A stretch of DNA of 64,000 nucleotides from an uncultured bacterium (GTDB lineage Bacteria > Desulfobacterota_D > UBA1144 > Nemesobacterales > UBA2774). Shown here piece after piece: positions 18,623-29,311 of this stretch (within the stretch, counting starts at the first letter, position 1; each line of letters begins with the position of its first letter). A program made the translations under genes and the position numbers. The notes under the pieces were generated by a model. That model worked only from the letters and a program-made list of their open reading frames with translations. It was not told where the DNA came from and ran no database searches. The DNA lies in NCBI GenBank assembly GCA_963825135.1, contig CAWGRW010000009.1:321008-385007 (forward strand), written 5' to 3'.

Positions 18623-20578
18623 TTGAATTTTTCCTTCCTTAACCCGCTGTTCCTCATAGGATTCGCCGCAGTCGCGCTGCCCTTTATCGCACACCTCATA
18701 TCGAGGAAGAGCGGGGTCGTACAAAAATTCCCCGCCGTCAGGTTCCTGATCGCCTCACAAGGGGACGCGTCCGCGAGGTCGAGGCTTAAAGACCTGCTGC
18801 TGCTAATGCTGAGGGCGCTCATAATCGTCCTCCTCGTGCTCGTATTCTCAAAGCCCGCGTTCTTCTCCTTCGCCCCCGCCGGAAGCTCGGGGCCCGGGGC
18901 GCTCGCCATAGTTATAGACAACTCGTTCAGCATGGGATACGGGGACAACTTCGAGCGCGCCCGCAAGAAGGCGTCCGGGCTGATAGACTCGCTCCCCGAC
19001 GGGAGCTTCGGCATAACGGCCCCGCTCGTAGGCGGAGAAGGCGCGCGTCTCGCCCCCGCCGGCGATACGGCGGGCATGAGGGAGGCACTCGACGGAATAA
19101 AGCTTTCTTACTCGTACGCCGACAATGAAAAGAGACTCGAAGAGGCTTACTCCGCCCTCGAAGGCGCTCCCGGACGCTCGAAAGAGGTCGTATTCCTGAC
19201 GGACCTCCAGAAGAACGGGTGGACCGGTCGTAAATTCGAGAAGGACTGGCTCAGGATTATAGACGTGTCCGGCGGCGCCGCACCCGCTAATCATGCCGTG
19301 ACGGATACGGCCTCCGGGTACAGCGGGGATCTGGCGACGCTCGGAATGACCGTGTCCAATTTCTCGGAGAAAGAGGAAAAAGGGCTGCTCGCCTCGATAA
19401 ACGCCGGGGGAGAGGACCTGAGCGCGTTCATAGACGTCCCGCCCGGCGGGAGCGTGCGGAAGGAATTCACGGTACCCGGGGACTTTCTTTCCGCCGACAG
19501 GAAGAAAGAGGGCACAGCCCGGATACCGCGCGACAATCTCCCGGTCGACGACACCAGATACTTCGTCCTCTCGGGCAGGGAGGGATTTAACGTGCTCATA
19601 GTCGACGGCGACGCGAGGGAAGAGGCGAGACTCTCGGAGACCTACTACCTCGCGAGCGCGGCCGAGACGGTGTCCGAGATCTCAGGAGCGCGCGTCACGG
19701 TCAAAGACAACGACAGCTTCCTCGAGGAAAAACTCTCGGGCTACGACCTCGTATTCCTCGCGAACGTCGGGGACATATCGGAGGAGAGCGCGAAGGAGCT
19801 CGGGGAGTTCGTCTCCCGCGGAGGAACTGCCGTTATATTCCTCGGCGACCGCGTAAGGTCGACCTCCTACAACGCGCTCCTCGGGAGCGTCATGCCGGGC
19901 GAGCTCGTCACCGAGGAGGAGAGAGAGACGAAAATCGTGCCCGGGGCCGTGTCCGTTTACCCGAAGGACGTCGCCGACAGGCTCGGCCAGGTCGAGGTCA
20001 GGCGGTATTTCAAAACGGTCCCGCACCCTGAATCCGAAGTCATGCTCGGGCTCGAAGGCGGCGATCCGTTCCTTCTCAGGAACGCGCTCGGCAGAGGGAG
20101 CGTGTTCCTCGTGACCTCGACCGCCGACACGGGCTGGAGCAGCTTCGCCATTTCCACCGTGTTTCTCCCCGTCGTGAAATGGTTCCTCGACGTGCCTGGC
20201 TCGTCGAACGAGAAGCGGAGGAACTATACGGTCGGGGACGGCGTCCCGCTCGATATATCTCCGGGCTCGGACTCGGTCGAAGTGATAAGCCCGTCCGGAA
20301 AAAAATACGTCCGCGGCATGACAGCCCCGGTATTCGAAGAGACGGGCGAACCCGGCATATACACGGTGAGGGAGTCCGGGAAGGATTCGTATAAGTTCGC
20401 CGTAAACGTAAACCCCTCGGAATCCGATCTCCGCAAGATCGAGATTCCGCAGGACGAGCCCGCCGCCGCCGGCGATCAGGGCCTCGTAAAGATATACAGG
20501 GAGATATGGAGGTACTTCCTCTGGGGCGCGGTGCTGCTTTTCATATCCGAAGCCGCCGCAAGGGCGGCGTTCTCGTAA
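18623..20578 (+). CDS. BatA/BatB-like membrane protein: N-terminal double-TM domain + von Willebrand factor A domain
   Basis: 651 aa; N-terminus MNFSFLNPLFLIGFAAVALPFIAHLISRK (TIGR02226-like), vWA (LAIVIDNSFSMGY), C-terminal TM; 12 nt after DUF58 gene. Confidence 0.7.
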   Translation: MNFSFLNPLFLIGFAAVALPFIAHLISRKSGVVQKFPAVRFLIASQGDASARSRLKDLLLLMLRALIIVLLVLVFSKPAFFSFAPAGSSGPGALAIVIDNSFSMGYGDNFERARKKASGLIDSLPDGSFGITAPLVGGEGARLAPAGDTAGMREALDGIKLSYSYADNEKRLEEAYSALEGAPGRSKEVVFLTDLQKNGWTGRKFEKDWLRIIDVSGGAAPANHAVTDTASGYSGDLATLGMTVSNFSEKEEKGLLASINAGGEDLSAFIDVPPGGSVRKEFTVPGDFLSADRKKEGTARIPRDNLPVDDTRYFVLSGREGFNVLIVDGDAREEARLSETYYLASAAETVSEISGARVTVKDNDSFLEEKLSGYDLVFLANVGDISEESAKELGEFVSRGGTAVIFLGDRVRSTSYNALLGSVMPGELVTEEERETKIVPGAVSVYPKDVADRLGQVEVRRYFKTVPHPESEVMLGLEGGDPFLLRNALGRGSVFLVTSTADTGWSSFAISTVFLPVVKWFLDVPGSSNEKRRNYTVGDGVPLDISPGSDSVEVISPSGKKYVRGMTAPVFEETGEPGIYTVRESGKDSYKFAVNVNPSESDLRKIEIPQDEPAAAGDQGLVKIYREIWRYFLWGAVLLFISEAAARAAFS

Positions 20579-20599
20579 CGCCCGGAAGCCCGCGCGTTT

Positions 20600-22015
20600 T
20601 CAGCTCAGATCGACGCCGTCCGCTCCGTCAGGCACGGGCTTTCCCATGAGGCTCAGTATCGTGGGGTAGATATCCACCGTCCGGAGGTGCTCCTTCTTTA
20701 TATCCGCGCTCATCGCAATCGGTACGAGCATGTGCTCTTTAAAGAGCGCTCCGTGTGAAGAGCGGTGCTCGGGGTTCTCATGCTTCGCCCGGAGGTCATA
20801 GCCGGGGCTCGCGCTCAGCACGAGGTCTCCGGTACGGCGGGCCTCGAACAGCTGAACGATCTGAGTGATGGCGTCCGGGTAGTTCGTATTGAAGCTGAGA
20901 TCGAGCGCCTCGCCCGAGCTCATCCTTCCGGGTATGCCGTTATATCCGAACGGGTCGCCGCCGAGCCTCTCGTAATTTATGAACCCGTCCGGGTCGATCC
21001 ACGCCGCGGCCTCTCCCCTCACGCTCTTTATCCTCGCCCTCCCGCCCTCGTCGAGACCCGCGACGATATCCACCTCGGGCCTCTCGAGGAAGCTCTCCGC
21101 GAGGCCGTACAGCTCCTCGAAGGTCGATTTCCTTCCCCAGCCGTCCGGACTCTTCACGTATATGTTCGCCATGGCGTTCCCGGATACGAGGCTCGCAGCG
21201 TCCGCGTCCCTGAAATGCCTGAACACGTTCGGATAGTAGAACGTCTTGTAGCCGCGACGGTTCATGAACTCCAGGGAATCGAAGTGCGAATGCGTCTGCG
21301 TAAGCCCGTGGTCGCTCCCTATTACGATCAGCGTCTCGTCGAGCCTCCCTTCGGATTCGAGCCTCTCCGCGACGAGTCCTACGGTCTCGTCTATCCTCGT
21401 GTAGGAATCGAGGACCTTCCTGTGAAACGGGTGGTTTATGTGGGAGTAGGTGTCGATTCCCAGAAAGACTACGAATATGAAATCGTGCATGCCGCCGAGC
21501 TCGCTGAGCAGTATGCGCCTCGCCACCATGTCGACCTCGTCGCTCTTGTCCGTGAAATGCCCTTTCACCTTGTAATAGAGCTTCGAGAATCTCGTCTTGT
21601 CGTATTTCAAGCTCACTCCGCGCGAAAGCTCGTTCAGTATGTTCCCGCTCCTGGGGAATATCTCGAACAGGCTCTTGTTGTCGGCCGAAACGTCGCTGTT
21701 CATGAAATAGGTCTCGAGCCCGATGTAGCTCCTGAAACGCCTGAATGAAAAGAGCCTCCGCCTCTCGGGGTATATGTACCTGTCGAGCCACCTGATTCCG
21801 GGGAAATTACACCTGCCCGGATACTTGCCAAGAATATAGGGCGTGTACGCGGGCCCCGTGGTAGAGGGGAAAACGGACGACGCTATCCTGAAAGAGCCCC
21901 TTTCCACCACGTATCTCGAAATGTTAGGCAGGTCCCCTCTCGCCAGCAGGTCCGAAAACAGGTCCGCTCTCGCTCCGTCCGCCATTATGAAAATACAGCT
22001 CTTGAACCTGCTCAT
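20600..22015 (-). CDS. Alkaline-phosphatase-superfamily enzyme (type I phosphodiesterase/nucleotide pyrophosphatase family)
   Basis: 471 aa; metal-ligand region IFIMADGARAD, conserved HG/DHG motifs (GSDHGLTQTH). Confidence 0.7.
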   Translation of the reverse strand: MSRFKSCIFIMADGARADLFSDLLARGDLPNISRYVVERGSFRIASSVFPSTTGPAYTPYILGKYPGRCNFPGIRWLDRYIYPERRRLFSFRRFRSYIGLETYFMNSDVSADNKSLFEIFPRSGNILNELSRGVSLKYDKTRFSKLYYKVKGHFTDKSDEVDMVARRILLSELGGMHDFIFVVFLGIDTYSHINHPFHRKVLDSYTRIDETVGLVAERLESEGRLDETLIVIGSDHGLTQTHSHFDSLEFMNRRGYKTFYYPNVFRHFRDADAASLVSGNAMANIYVKSPDGWGRKSTFEELYGLAESFLERPEVDIVAGLDEGGRARIKSVRGEAAAWIDPDGFINYERLGGDPFGYNGIPGRMSSGEALDLSFNTNYPDAITQIVQLFEARRTGDLVLSASPGYDLRAKHENPEHRSSHGALFKEHMLVPIAMSADIKKEHLRTVDIYPTILSLMGKPVPDGADGVDLS

Positions 22016-22058
22016 ATTTGTGAGTCCTTTTTCCGGGCGTTTTTAGATTGCGTCATGC

Positions 22059-24844
22059 TCATGAGAAATACCTGTCGTATATCTTCCTTATCGAATTCGT
22101 CTTCGCAATATATTTTTCCCTGAGCTTCTTCCCGCCCGCGCCCGCGTCGAGCTCGGACGAGAGCTTGTCGAAATCGCTCTCGTAAAGCTCGTTTATCGAC
22201 CTGTCGCGGAGCAGCCTCAGGAGGTTCTCCATCTTTTTAAGGAAATAGAGGCCGTCCGAAAGCGAGACGTATTCCTTCTCCTTTATAATACCCGCGTCCC
22301 GGAGCCCGTTAAGCGCGTCGAGCGTATTCTGTCCCCTCACCTCCGCGTGCGCGGCCCCGTGCTTTAACTGGAGCATCTGGACGAGGAACTCTATATCCAC
22401 TATCCCGCCGTGCCCGGTCTTGATGTTGAGCTTCCCGGCACTCTCCCTCGCGAGCTCCGATTCCATCCTGGCGCGGAGGCGGTTTATCTCCTTATCGAAA
22501 TCTGCGGCAGGGGCTTTCCGTAAACGAATTCCTCTATGGATCCGGTAACGCGCGTTCCGAGCTTCACGTCCCCCGCCGAAGGCCTCGCCCTTATGAGCGC
22601 CTGCCTCTCCCACACCTGTGCGCTCTCCTCGTGGTATCTCCTGAACGCCTCGTATGAGGTCACCAGCGCGCCCGAGCGCCCCGAGGGCCTGAGCCCCATG
22701 TCTATCTTGTACGCGAACCCCTCTCCCGTGGGCACGGATAGTATGGAAATCACCTTCTGCCCGAGCTTCGAGAAATACTCGTGCTCCCCGGCCTCGCCGT
22801 CGTATATGAATATGATATCCAGGTCCGAATTATAGCTGAGCTCCCTGCCGCCGAGCTTCCCCATACCGAGCACGATCATGCGCGTTCCCTTTTTCTTTCC
22901 CTTCTCCTTAACCGAGACGATGTCCCGCGCGAGACCGAGACCGACCTCGAGCACCGCCTCGGCGACGAGGGAAAGATACCAGCCGACGTAAAAGGGATCG
23001 ACCTCGCCGTTTAAGTCCCGGAGACAGATCTTGAGAGTCTCCACGTGCCTGAACCTCCTTATCGCGTCGAGCTTGCCCCCGTAGTCGCTTTCCTGGGACA
23101 TCGCGGATTCGAGCTCTCTCAATATGTCCTCCTTCGACGCGAACTCCGTCCTCACGCTCCTGAGCGTGATAACGTCCAGGTACTCGGGGTGCCTGATGAG
23201 GAAATTCGAGAGATACCCGCTCGTCGAGAAGAGCTTAGAGAGGAGCTCGATGATGTCGGGGTTCTCGAGCAGCACGGCGTAGATCGAGGTCCTCCAGCCG
23301 ATGCCGGAGATGAAACGCTCGAGGTTGATCAGCGCCGCGTCGGGGTCGGGGGATTTCAAGATACTGCCGAGGAAGGCCGGGATCACGCGCCTCGTCGTGA
23401 CGCGCCCTTCCCGCGTGAGCGCACCCCTCCTCGGGTCAAGGAGCTTCGAGAAAAGGTCGATCGCGCTCGAGGGGTTTTTAAATCCGAGTTTCTTGAGGTT
23501 ATCGACCGCTTCTTTTTCATCGATATTCCCCTCGGTCAGGAAGTCGGCCGCCCTGAGGAATTCCTTTCCCGATTCCTCGGTTTTTTCAGAACGCTCGTAA
23601 AAGAGGCTCTTGAATATCTTCGACACGGAGGACGTCTTGTCCGCGTAGAGCGCCTCGAACTCGTCCCTGTCCCGGAGCCCCGCCCTCTTCGCGAGCTTCT
23701 CTATCTCCTCGGGAGAGACCGGTATCTTGTGAGTCTGCCTCTCGTCGGCGATCTGAATGTAGTGCTCCACCCTCCTGAGAAAAAGATATGAGGACGAGAG
23801 CGTGTCGTGGACGTCCCTGTCTATTATTTTATTGGCGTTTAGTTTTTCGAGCGCACGGAGGGTGTTGTTCTCCCTGATGCCCTTTACCGCCCCGCCGTTT
23901 ACGAGCTGGAGCGCCTGAATGAAGAACTCTATCTCCCTTATCCCTCCCCTGCCGAGCTTCACGTCGCGCTTCTTCTCGAGCCTGTCGAGCTTCATCTTCA
24001 TGTCCTTCAGGTCCTCTATCGACGTGAAGTCGAGGAACTTCTTGTAGACGAAGGGCTCGATCTCCTTTATGAATTCCTCGCCGAGGCGCAAATCGCCCGC
24101 AACGGGCCTCGCCTTTATCATAGCCGCCCTCTCCCACGTATCGCCCCAGTAGAAATAGTGCTCGACCGCACCGTCTATGGGCACCGATACGGAGCTCTTG
24201 CTCCCGCCGGGCCTGAGTCCCAGGTCCACCCTGTAAAGGAAACCGTCCTCCGTCACGGCGCTCAGCGTCTTCGTAGCCCTTTCGCCGAGCCTGAAAAACG
24301 GGTCGGGGTCCCCGTCGTCCCTGTAGATATAGATGAGGTCCACGTCCGAGCTCAGGTTGAGCTCCCGGCCGCCTAACTTCCCCATACCGAGCACGACGAA
24401 CCCGCCCGCTCCGTCCATTCCGAGATCTTTCCTGTGATACGAGAGCACGGCCTCGATCACGGCGCACGCGAGGTCGGAGAGCTCCTCCATCGTATCGGGG
24501 AAAGGGGCCGCGCCGGTTATGTCCCTGTACGCTATTCTCGCGAGCTCCCTGTATTTATACCGGGTGAGGCGCGTCTGGAGCTCCGCCTGCGATTGTGAGG
24601 AATCCATTACGCCCCGCGATTCGTCTGAAAAACGGGCGGGGTCTTTTTTCGTCTTGAGTATTTTTGATGAATCGAGGTAATCGAGTATTCCGGGGTCTCT
24701 CAGCACAGCCCTTCTCAGGAACGAGCTCCAGGAGGCGAGCAGCTCCAGTATGTCCTTCTTTGCGGACGGGATGTCCCCGTGGAGTTCCCTGAAACGCTCT
24801 AAAGCGGTGCGGGCGTTATCGGGGTCGGGTAATGCTCTACTCAA
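22059..24844 (-). CDS. glnE: Bifunctional glutamine synthetase adenylyltransferase/adenylyl-removing enzyme GlnE, split by apparent frameshift near 22490-22610
   Basis: Two nucleotidyltransferase cores (VVLGMGKLGGRELNLSSDVDLIYIY; IVLGMGKLGGRELSYNSDLDIIFIY) in ORF 22484..24844; ORF 22059..22613 carries the remaining C-terminal GlnE domain; combined ~928 aa. Confidence 0.75.
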
Positions 24845-25154
24845 CGTTTATTTTCCTGCTTCTTTTTCCGCGCGTCCCCTTGGCTCCGCCCTTCCGGCGC
24901 GCCTTGATCCCTTCCCCCGCCTTCTTCACGAGCTCGAACCCCTTGTCCACGGCCTTTAACGGCAGCTCGCAGATGAGCTTCCTCCCCTCTTCCTTCCGGA
25001 GGAGGTCTTTTACACCCTTGATCGCGAAACCTGCGCCCACGACCATCTCCGTGGCGCTCACGATGAAATGCTCGCCTGCTTTCCCAAGGTCGCTCAAATC
25101 GAGCTTCGGCGATTTCTCTTCCGCCGCGGTCTTCTTCTGCTGCTTTCTAGCCAT
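24837..25154 (-). CDS. Hypothetical small basic protein (105 aa), overlaps glnE start by 8 nt
   Basis: ORF only; Lys/Arg-rich termini; no family recognised. Confidence 0.4.
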   Translation of the reverse strand: MARKQQKKTAAEEKSPKLDLSDLGKAGEHFIVSATEMVVGAGFAIKGVKDLLRKEEGRKLICELPLKAVDKGFELVKKAGEGIKARRKGGAKGTRGKRSRKINVE

Positions 25155-25597
25155 ATTCCCGCCTCGCCCGCCGGGCCCCGGCCGGAGCCTGTATACCGAC
25201 CCGACACCGAAATTCTACCAGAAATAAGGGCTTGTGTTTATAGCAGGCGGAGAATCCGTGTAGTATTATCTGTATGTAAGTCGCCCTCACTCCTTGTATG
25301 AAATACATTCCCTCAGCCGTGATTCCATTGCAGTAATTTCGAGCTGCGCTTTCAGTCCGACTAAAATGTAGCTCCTAGAATCGTTGCAACGACTTCCGAA
25401 CAGCAGACTCTAAGCGAGTCCACCTGCCACTCACGCAAGAAACATGCCACGCAAGCAAGATGCGTACGTAAGCCATGTCATGAACTATTGCGGATCTGCA
25501 AAACATCGACCATAATACGGTCTCGCGAAGACAGTGCGGTGGGATGACGTTACACGAAGCGCTCGTTCTCGTCAATCCACTATGAGGATGAAAAAAC

Positions 25598-28012
25598 TCA
25601 GCTAAAATTATACGGGTCGACGTCCACTGTAACCCTCACGTCGCCAGTGAGGTTCGATATGAGCTTCCTGAGTTTTTTGGTGAAGCTCCGCAGAAGCCCC
25701 GCGTTAGTGGATTTTAGAAGCATCTGAAACCTGTATCTGTTCCTTATCTTGCTCACGGGGCAGGGAGAAGGGCCGAGTATAGTGAGCGCGCCCGGTTTTA
25801 ACTTCGAGACGAGCTTCCTCGCGGTCTCTCCGGCCTTCTCCGCAGCCTCTCCCGTCTCCCGCTCGCTCTTTCCCGTGAACCTTATATTCACGAGCCTGGA
25901 GTAGGGCGGATAGCCGAGCTCCTCCCTTAATTTGAGCTCCTCTTCGAGAAACCCCTTGCTGTCCTGCCTCACCGCATGGAGGATGCTCGGGTGCTCCGGG
26001 TTGTAGGTCTGAACTATCACCTTCCCCGGCGTGTCCCCCCGCCCCGCCCTGCCCGCGACCTGCGTGACGAGCTGGAACGTCCTCTCTCCCGAGCGGAAGT
26101 CGGGAATGCCGAGCGCCATGTCGGCGGATATGACCCCCACGAGCGTAACGCCCGGAAGGTCGTGCCCCTTGGCCACCATCTGAGTCCCGATGAGGACGTC
26201 TATCTCCCCGCGCTCGAGCTTGCCGTAGAGGCTAAGCAGGCTCTTCTTCCCGGCCACGGTGTCCCTGTCCATGCGCGCGGCCTTCGCCTCCGGGATTATG
26301 CGCCTTAGCTCCTCCTCGACCTTCTGAGTGCCTATGCCTAACCCGCGCATCGACTCGCCGCACTTGAGGCACGCCCCCGGGAGTCTCTCCGAGAGCCCGC
26401 ACATGTGACACCTCACGGAATCTTCCCGCGAGTGGTACGTGAGCGATACGCTGCAGTTGGGGCACTTCAATATCTCCCCGCACGCGGGACAGATAATGAG
26501 GGTAGCGTAGCCCCGCCTGTTGAGAAAGAGTATCGTCTGCCTGTCGTGCCAGAAGTTATCCACTATCCCCTCACGGAGCATTCCCGAGAATACGGCCCCG
26601 CCTTCGTACTTCATGTCGGCGACCTCCACCGTCGGCAGAGGCCTGTCCTCGACCCTGAGCGGTAGAGATAGGTATTCGAACTTGCGCTTGAGCGCGTTGT
26701 AGTAGGATTCGACGGAAGGGGTCGCGGAGCCGAGCACTACTACCGAGCCGGTCATCTTGCCGAGCACGAGGGCGAGGTCCCTCGCGTTATAGCACGGGGT
26801 CTCCTCCTGCTTGTACGTGGTCTCGTGTTCCTCGTCGACGATTATCACGCCGATGTTCCTGAAGGGCGCGAATACCGCGGAGCGCGCCCCTATCACCACC
26901 TTCACCTCGCCCCGGCTCGCCATACGCCAGGAGTCGAACCTCTCTCCGTCAGAGAGAGCGCTGTGAATCACGGCTACATTGCTCCCGAACCTCGCCCTCA
27001 CCCTCTTTACGAGGAGCGGCGTGAGGGATATTTCGGGCACGAGCAGAATCGCCTCCTTCCCCTTCCCTATGACCTCCTCTATCGCGCGGAGGTACACCTC
27101 GGTCTTTCCGCTGCCCGTCACGCCGTGCAGCAAAAACGGCGCGAACCTGCCCTTCTCTATCGCGTCTTTTATCTTTCCGCACGCGATCTCCTGGTCTATC
27201 GTGAGCACGGGGCGTTTATCTTCCTTAATATCCATTGCGCCGAACGGGTCCCTCGATATCTCCTCGTGCTCGGTGACTATGAATCCGTTCTCTTCGAGCC
27301 ACGCGAGGTGCTGGCCGACCGTCCCGAATACTTCTTTGAGATCGTCGAGCGGCACCCTTCCTGCCGCGAGCACGAATTCGAGTATCTGCGACTTTGTCTT
27401 CTTTCTCTTTAACCGCTCATCGTCGAGGCGCGCTCCCTCCGCGGCCGCGATAATCTTCTCGGTCTTTATCTTCGGGTCCGATTTCAGCTCGTACTCGAAC
27501 TCGATGAGCCCCCTTCTCCTGAGCGAATTGAGGAGCTCGGCTGACGTGTTTTCCACCAGTGACAAAAGTTTCTGCGAGCTTAATTCCCCGGAATTGAGGA
27601 CTGTCTTAAGCACGAGTATTTCGTGCTCGACGAGCCTGCCGTCCTCGACCGCCCTCTTCCCGCCGTCCGTAATTTTTATCAGCCTCTTCATGCTCACCCC
27701 GAGCCCGCCCGGATGCGAGGCCTTGAGCACGATGCCGAGAGACGTCATGTAGTAATCGGCCGCCCACTTGAGGAACCCCAGCCTCTTCTCGTCGAAGAGC
27801 GGCTCGTCGTCGATGATGTCGAGCACGTATCTGAGCTCGACGCCGGGCGGAGGCTCGCCCGGGCCCGTGATGAAGCCGATAGTCCTCCTGTTCCTGAACG
27901 GGACGAGTACCCGTTTGCCTAAAGCGATGCCTTCTCGGAGATGTGCGGGGACGCCGTAGGTGTAAAGAGCCTCCCCGGGGATAGGGACAGCGACCTGAAT
28001 GGTATCTTTCAT
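25598..28012 (-). CDS. priA: Primosomal protein N-prime (replication restart helicase PriA)
   Basis: 804 aa; Walker A GVTGSGKT, DEAH-like VIIVDEEH, zinc-binding Cys cluster CPACGEILKCPNCSVSLTYH...CHMCG. Confidence 0.9.
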   Translation of the reverse strand: MKDTIQVAVPIPGEALYTYGVPAHLREGIALGKRVLVPFRNRRTIGFITGPGEPPPGVELRYVLDIIDDEPLFDEKRLGFLKWAADYYMTSLGIVLKASHPGGLGVSMKRLIKITDGGKRAVEDGRLVEHEILVLKTVLNSGELSSQKLLSLVENTSAELLNSLRRRGLIEFEYELKSDPKIKTEKIIAAAEGARLDDERLKRKKTKSQILEFVLAAGRVPLDDLKEVFGTVGQHLAWLEENGFIVTEHEEISRDPFGAMDIKEDKRPVLTIDQEIACGKIKDAIEKGRFAPFLLHGVTGSGKTEVYLRAIEEVIGKGKEAILLVPEISLTPLLVKRVRARFGSNVAVIHSALSDGERFDSWRMASRGEVKVVIGARSAVFAPFRNIGVIIVDEEHETTYKQEETPCYNARDLALVLGKMTGSVVVLGSATPSVESYYNALKRKFEYLSLPLRVEDRPLPTVEVADMKYEGGAVFSGMLREGIVDNFWHDRQTILFLNRRGYATLIICPACGEILKCPNCSVSLTYHSREDSVRCHMCGLSERLPGACLKCGESMRGLGIGTQKVEEELRRIIPEAKAARMDRDTVAGKKSLLSLYGKLERGEIDVLIGTQMVAKGHDLPGVTLVGVISADMALGIPDFRSGERTFQLVTQVAGRAGRGDTPGKVIVQTYNPEHPSILHAVRQDSKGFLEEELKLREELGYPPYSRLVNIRFTGKSERETGEAAEKAGETARKLVSKLKPGALTILGPSPCPVSKIRNRYRFQMLLKSTNAGLLRSFTKKLRKLISNLTGDVRVTVDVDPYNFS

Positions 28013-28309
28013 TTTATTCCGGAGAGTCTAATTGTTTTCCCCCCCGCCCGCAATAGCGGGGGAGCGCCGGAAACGCCCCTAAAGATAGTTGTGATACACG
28101 AGCCTTCCGTCCGGGGTAAGCCCCTTTAACGATTTACAATCACGCACGAGCCTCTATTTTGTACGCCTTAAGAATCGCGGCAACAGATACTCTTCATACT
28201 TCATTTCAGGCTTTACCGATAACATATTAATCTCATTGATGAATTCCCGGCAGCCCCCCGGAGCCGGGGCGATGCCAAAAATTAAAATAAATAAATTAAG
28301 TTTCGGATG

Positions 28310-28338
28310 TTGACAACGCCTATCACAGCAAATATGAT
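28310..28338 (+). promoter_or_regulatory. Near-consensus sigma70-type promoter TTGACA-N17-TATGAT, ~40 nt upstream of TPR gene
   Basis: TTGACA at 28310-28315, TATGAT at 28333-28338, exact 17-nt spacer; seen in sequence. Confidence 0.45.
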
Positions 28339-28376
28339 TTTATTGGGCCGGCACGATACACTGGCCGGAGCATTCA

Positions 28377-29234
28377 ATGGGAAGGTTGGACAGGCTCTTA
28401 AACAAGGCAGACGACTATAAAGAAGCGGGACGCTTCGAGGACGCTCTCAATGAGTTGACGAAAGCGCTCAAGATAGCCCCCCGCGACCCGGACGTTTATC
28501 TCTCCTTCGCCCTCACCTACGACGCGATGGAGGATTTCCATTCCTCTATATTCTATTTCAAGAAGGCCGTCGATCTCAACCCCGAAGACCCTTACATATG
28601 GACGCAGCTCGGGATAACGCTTTCGAGAATGGGCAGGCACGGGGAATCGCTGCACGCGTACCAGACGGCGCTCGATTTCGACCCGGAATACGTCGTAGCC
28701 AAATGGCATACGGCGCTCACCTACAGGTCGATCGGTCTATACGAGGACGCGCTCCGCTACTTCAGAGAATGCAGGGATTCCGATACCGAGATCGAATACA
28801 TTAAAGACGAGATAGGTTATCAGACGGGGCTCTGCTATTTCGACATGGGGTGGACCAAAGAGGCCCTTTACGAGTTCAGGAAACATCTGGAGGCATGCCC
28901 CAACGATACATGGGCCCACATGTCGATGGGGAACTGCTATTTTGATTTCGGGTGGATAGATGAATCGGCCGCGAAATTCAGGGAAGTCATTTCCCTCAAT
29001 CCGGAATTCATCCCCGCGTATAACGCGCTCGCGCTTTCTCTGGCCGAGAAGGGATGGTACGACGAGGCTCTCGACGTGTTGAGGACCGCTCTGCGCATAT
29101 CCCCTGATGACGAGACCATCAAGGACAACATGGACTACATACAGTCGCTCAAGGAAGACGACGACGGTGCAAAGGGCGTCATACTTCTCTGCCTGATTCT
29201 TCAGATGATGAAGAAAAAGGAAATTTCCGAGTAA
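28377..29234 (+). CDS. Tetratricopeptide (TPR) repeat protein
   Basis: 285 aa, ~7 TPR units (W-LG-Y-A-F-P consensus positions recurring every 34 aa). Confidence 0.75.
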   Translation: MGRLDRLLNKADDYKEAGRFEDALNELTKALKIAPRDPDVYLSFALTYDAMEDFHSSIFYFKKAVDLNPEDPYIWTQLGITLSRMGRHGESLHAYQTALDFDPEYVVAKWHTALTYRSIGLYEDALRYFRECRDSDTEIEYIKDEIGYQTGLCYFDMGWTKEALYEFRKHLEACPNDTWAHMSMGNCYFDFGWIDESAAKFREVISLNPEFIPAYNALALSLAEKGWYDEALDVLRTALRISPDDETIKDNMDYIQSLKEDDDGAKGVILLCLILQMMKKKEISE

Positions 29235-29311
29235 ACCCGCCACCGCTCAGGCAATAAACCCCCTTATAAAAAATACTCTCACCCGCAGCACGCTGTCGAG
29301 AAGTACCCGCA

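Noticed and set aside
20765-21791. Long antisense ORFs inside the alkaline-phosphatase-family gene (327 aa plus strand; 283 aa Arg-rich minus-strand alternate frame)
   Set aside because: Arg/Pro/Gly-rich low-complexity translations typical of off-frame reading in high-GC DNA; the in-frame AlkP-family ORF has conserved catalytic motifs.
25155-25597. tmRNA / RNase P RNA / SRP RNA in the priA upstream gap
   Set aside because: None of the universally conserved motifs (tmRNA tag frame and tRNA-like ends, RNase P GNAANNUGGGCUC / AGGAAAGUCC, SRP GGAA-loop) could be found by eye on either strand.
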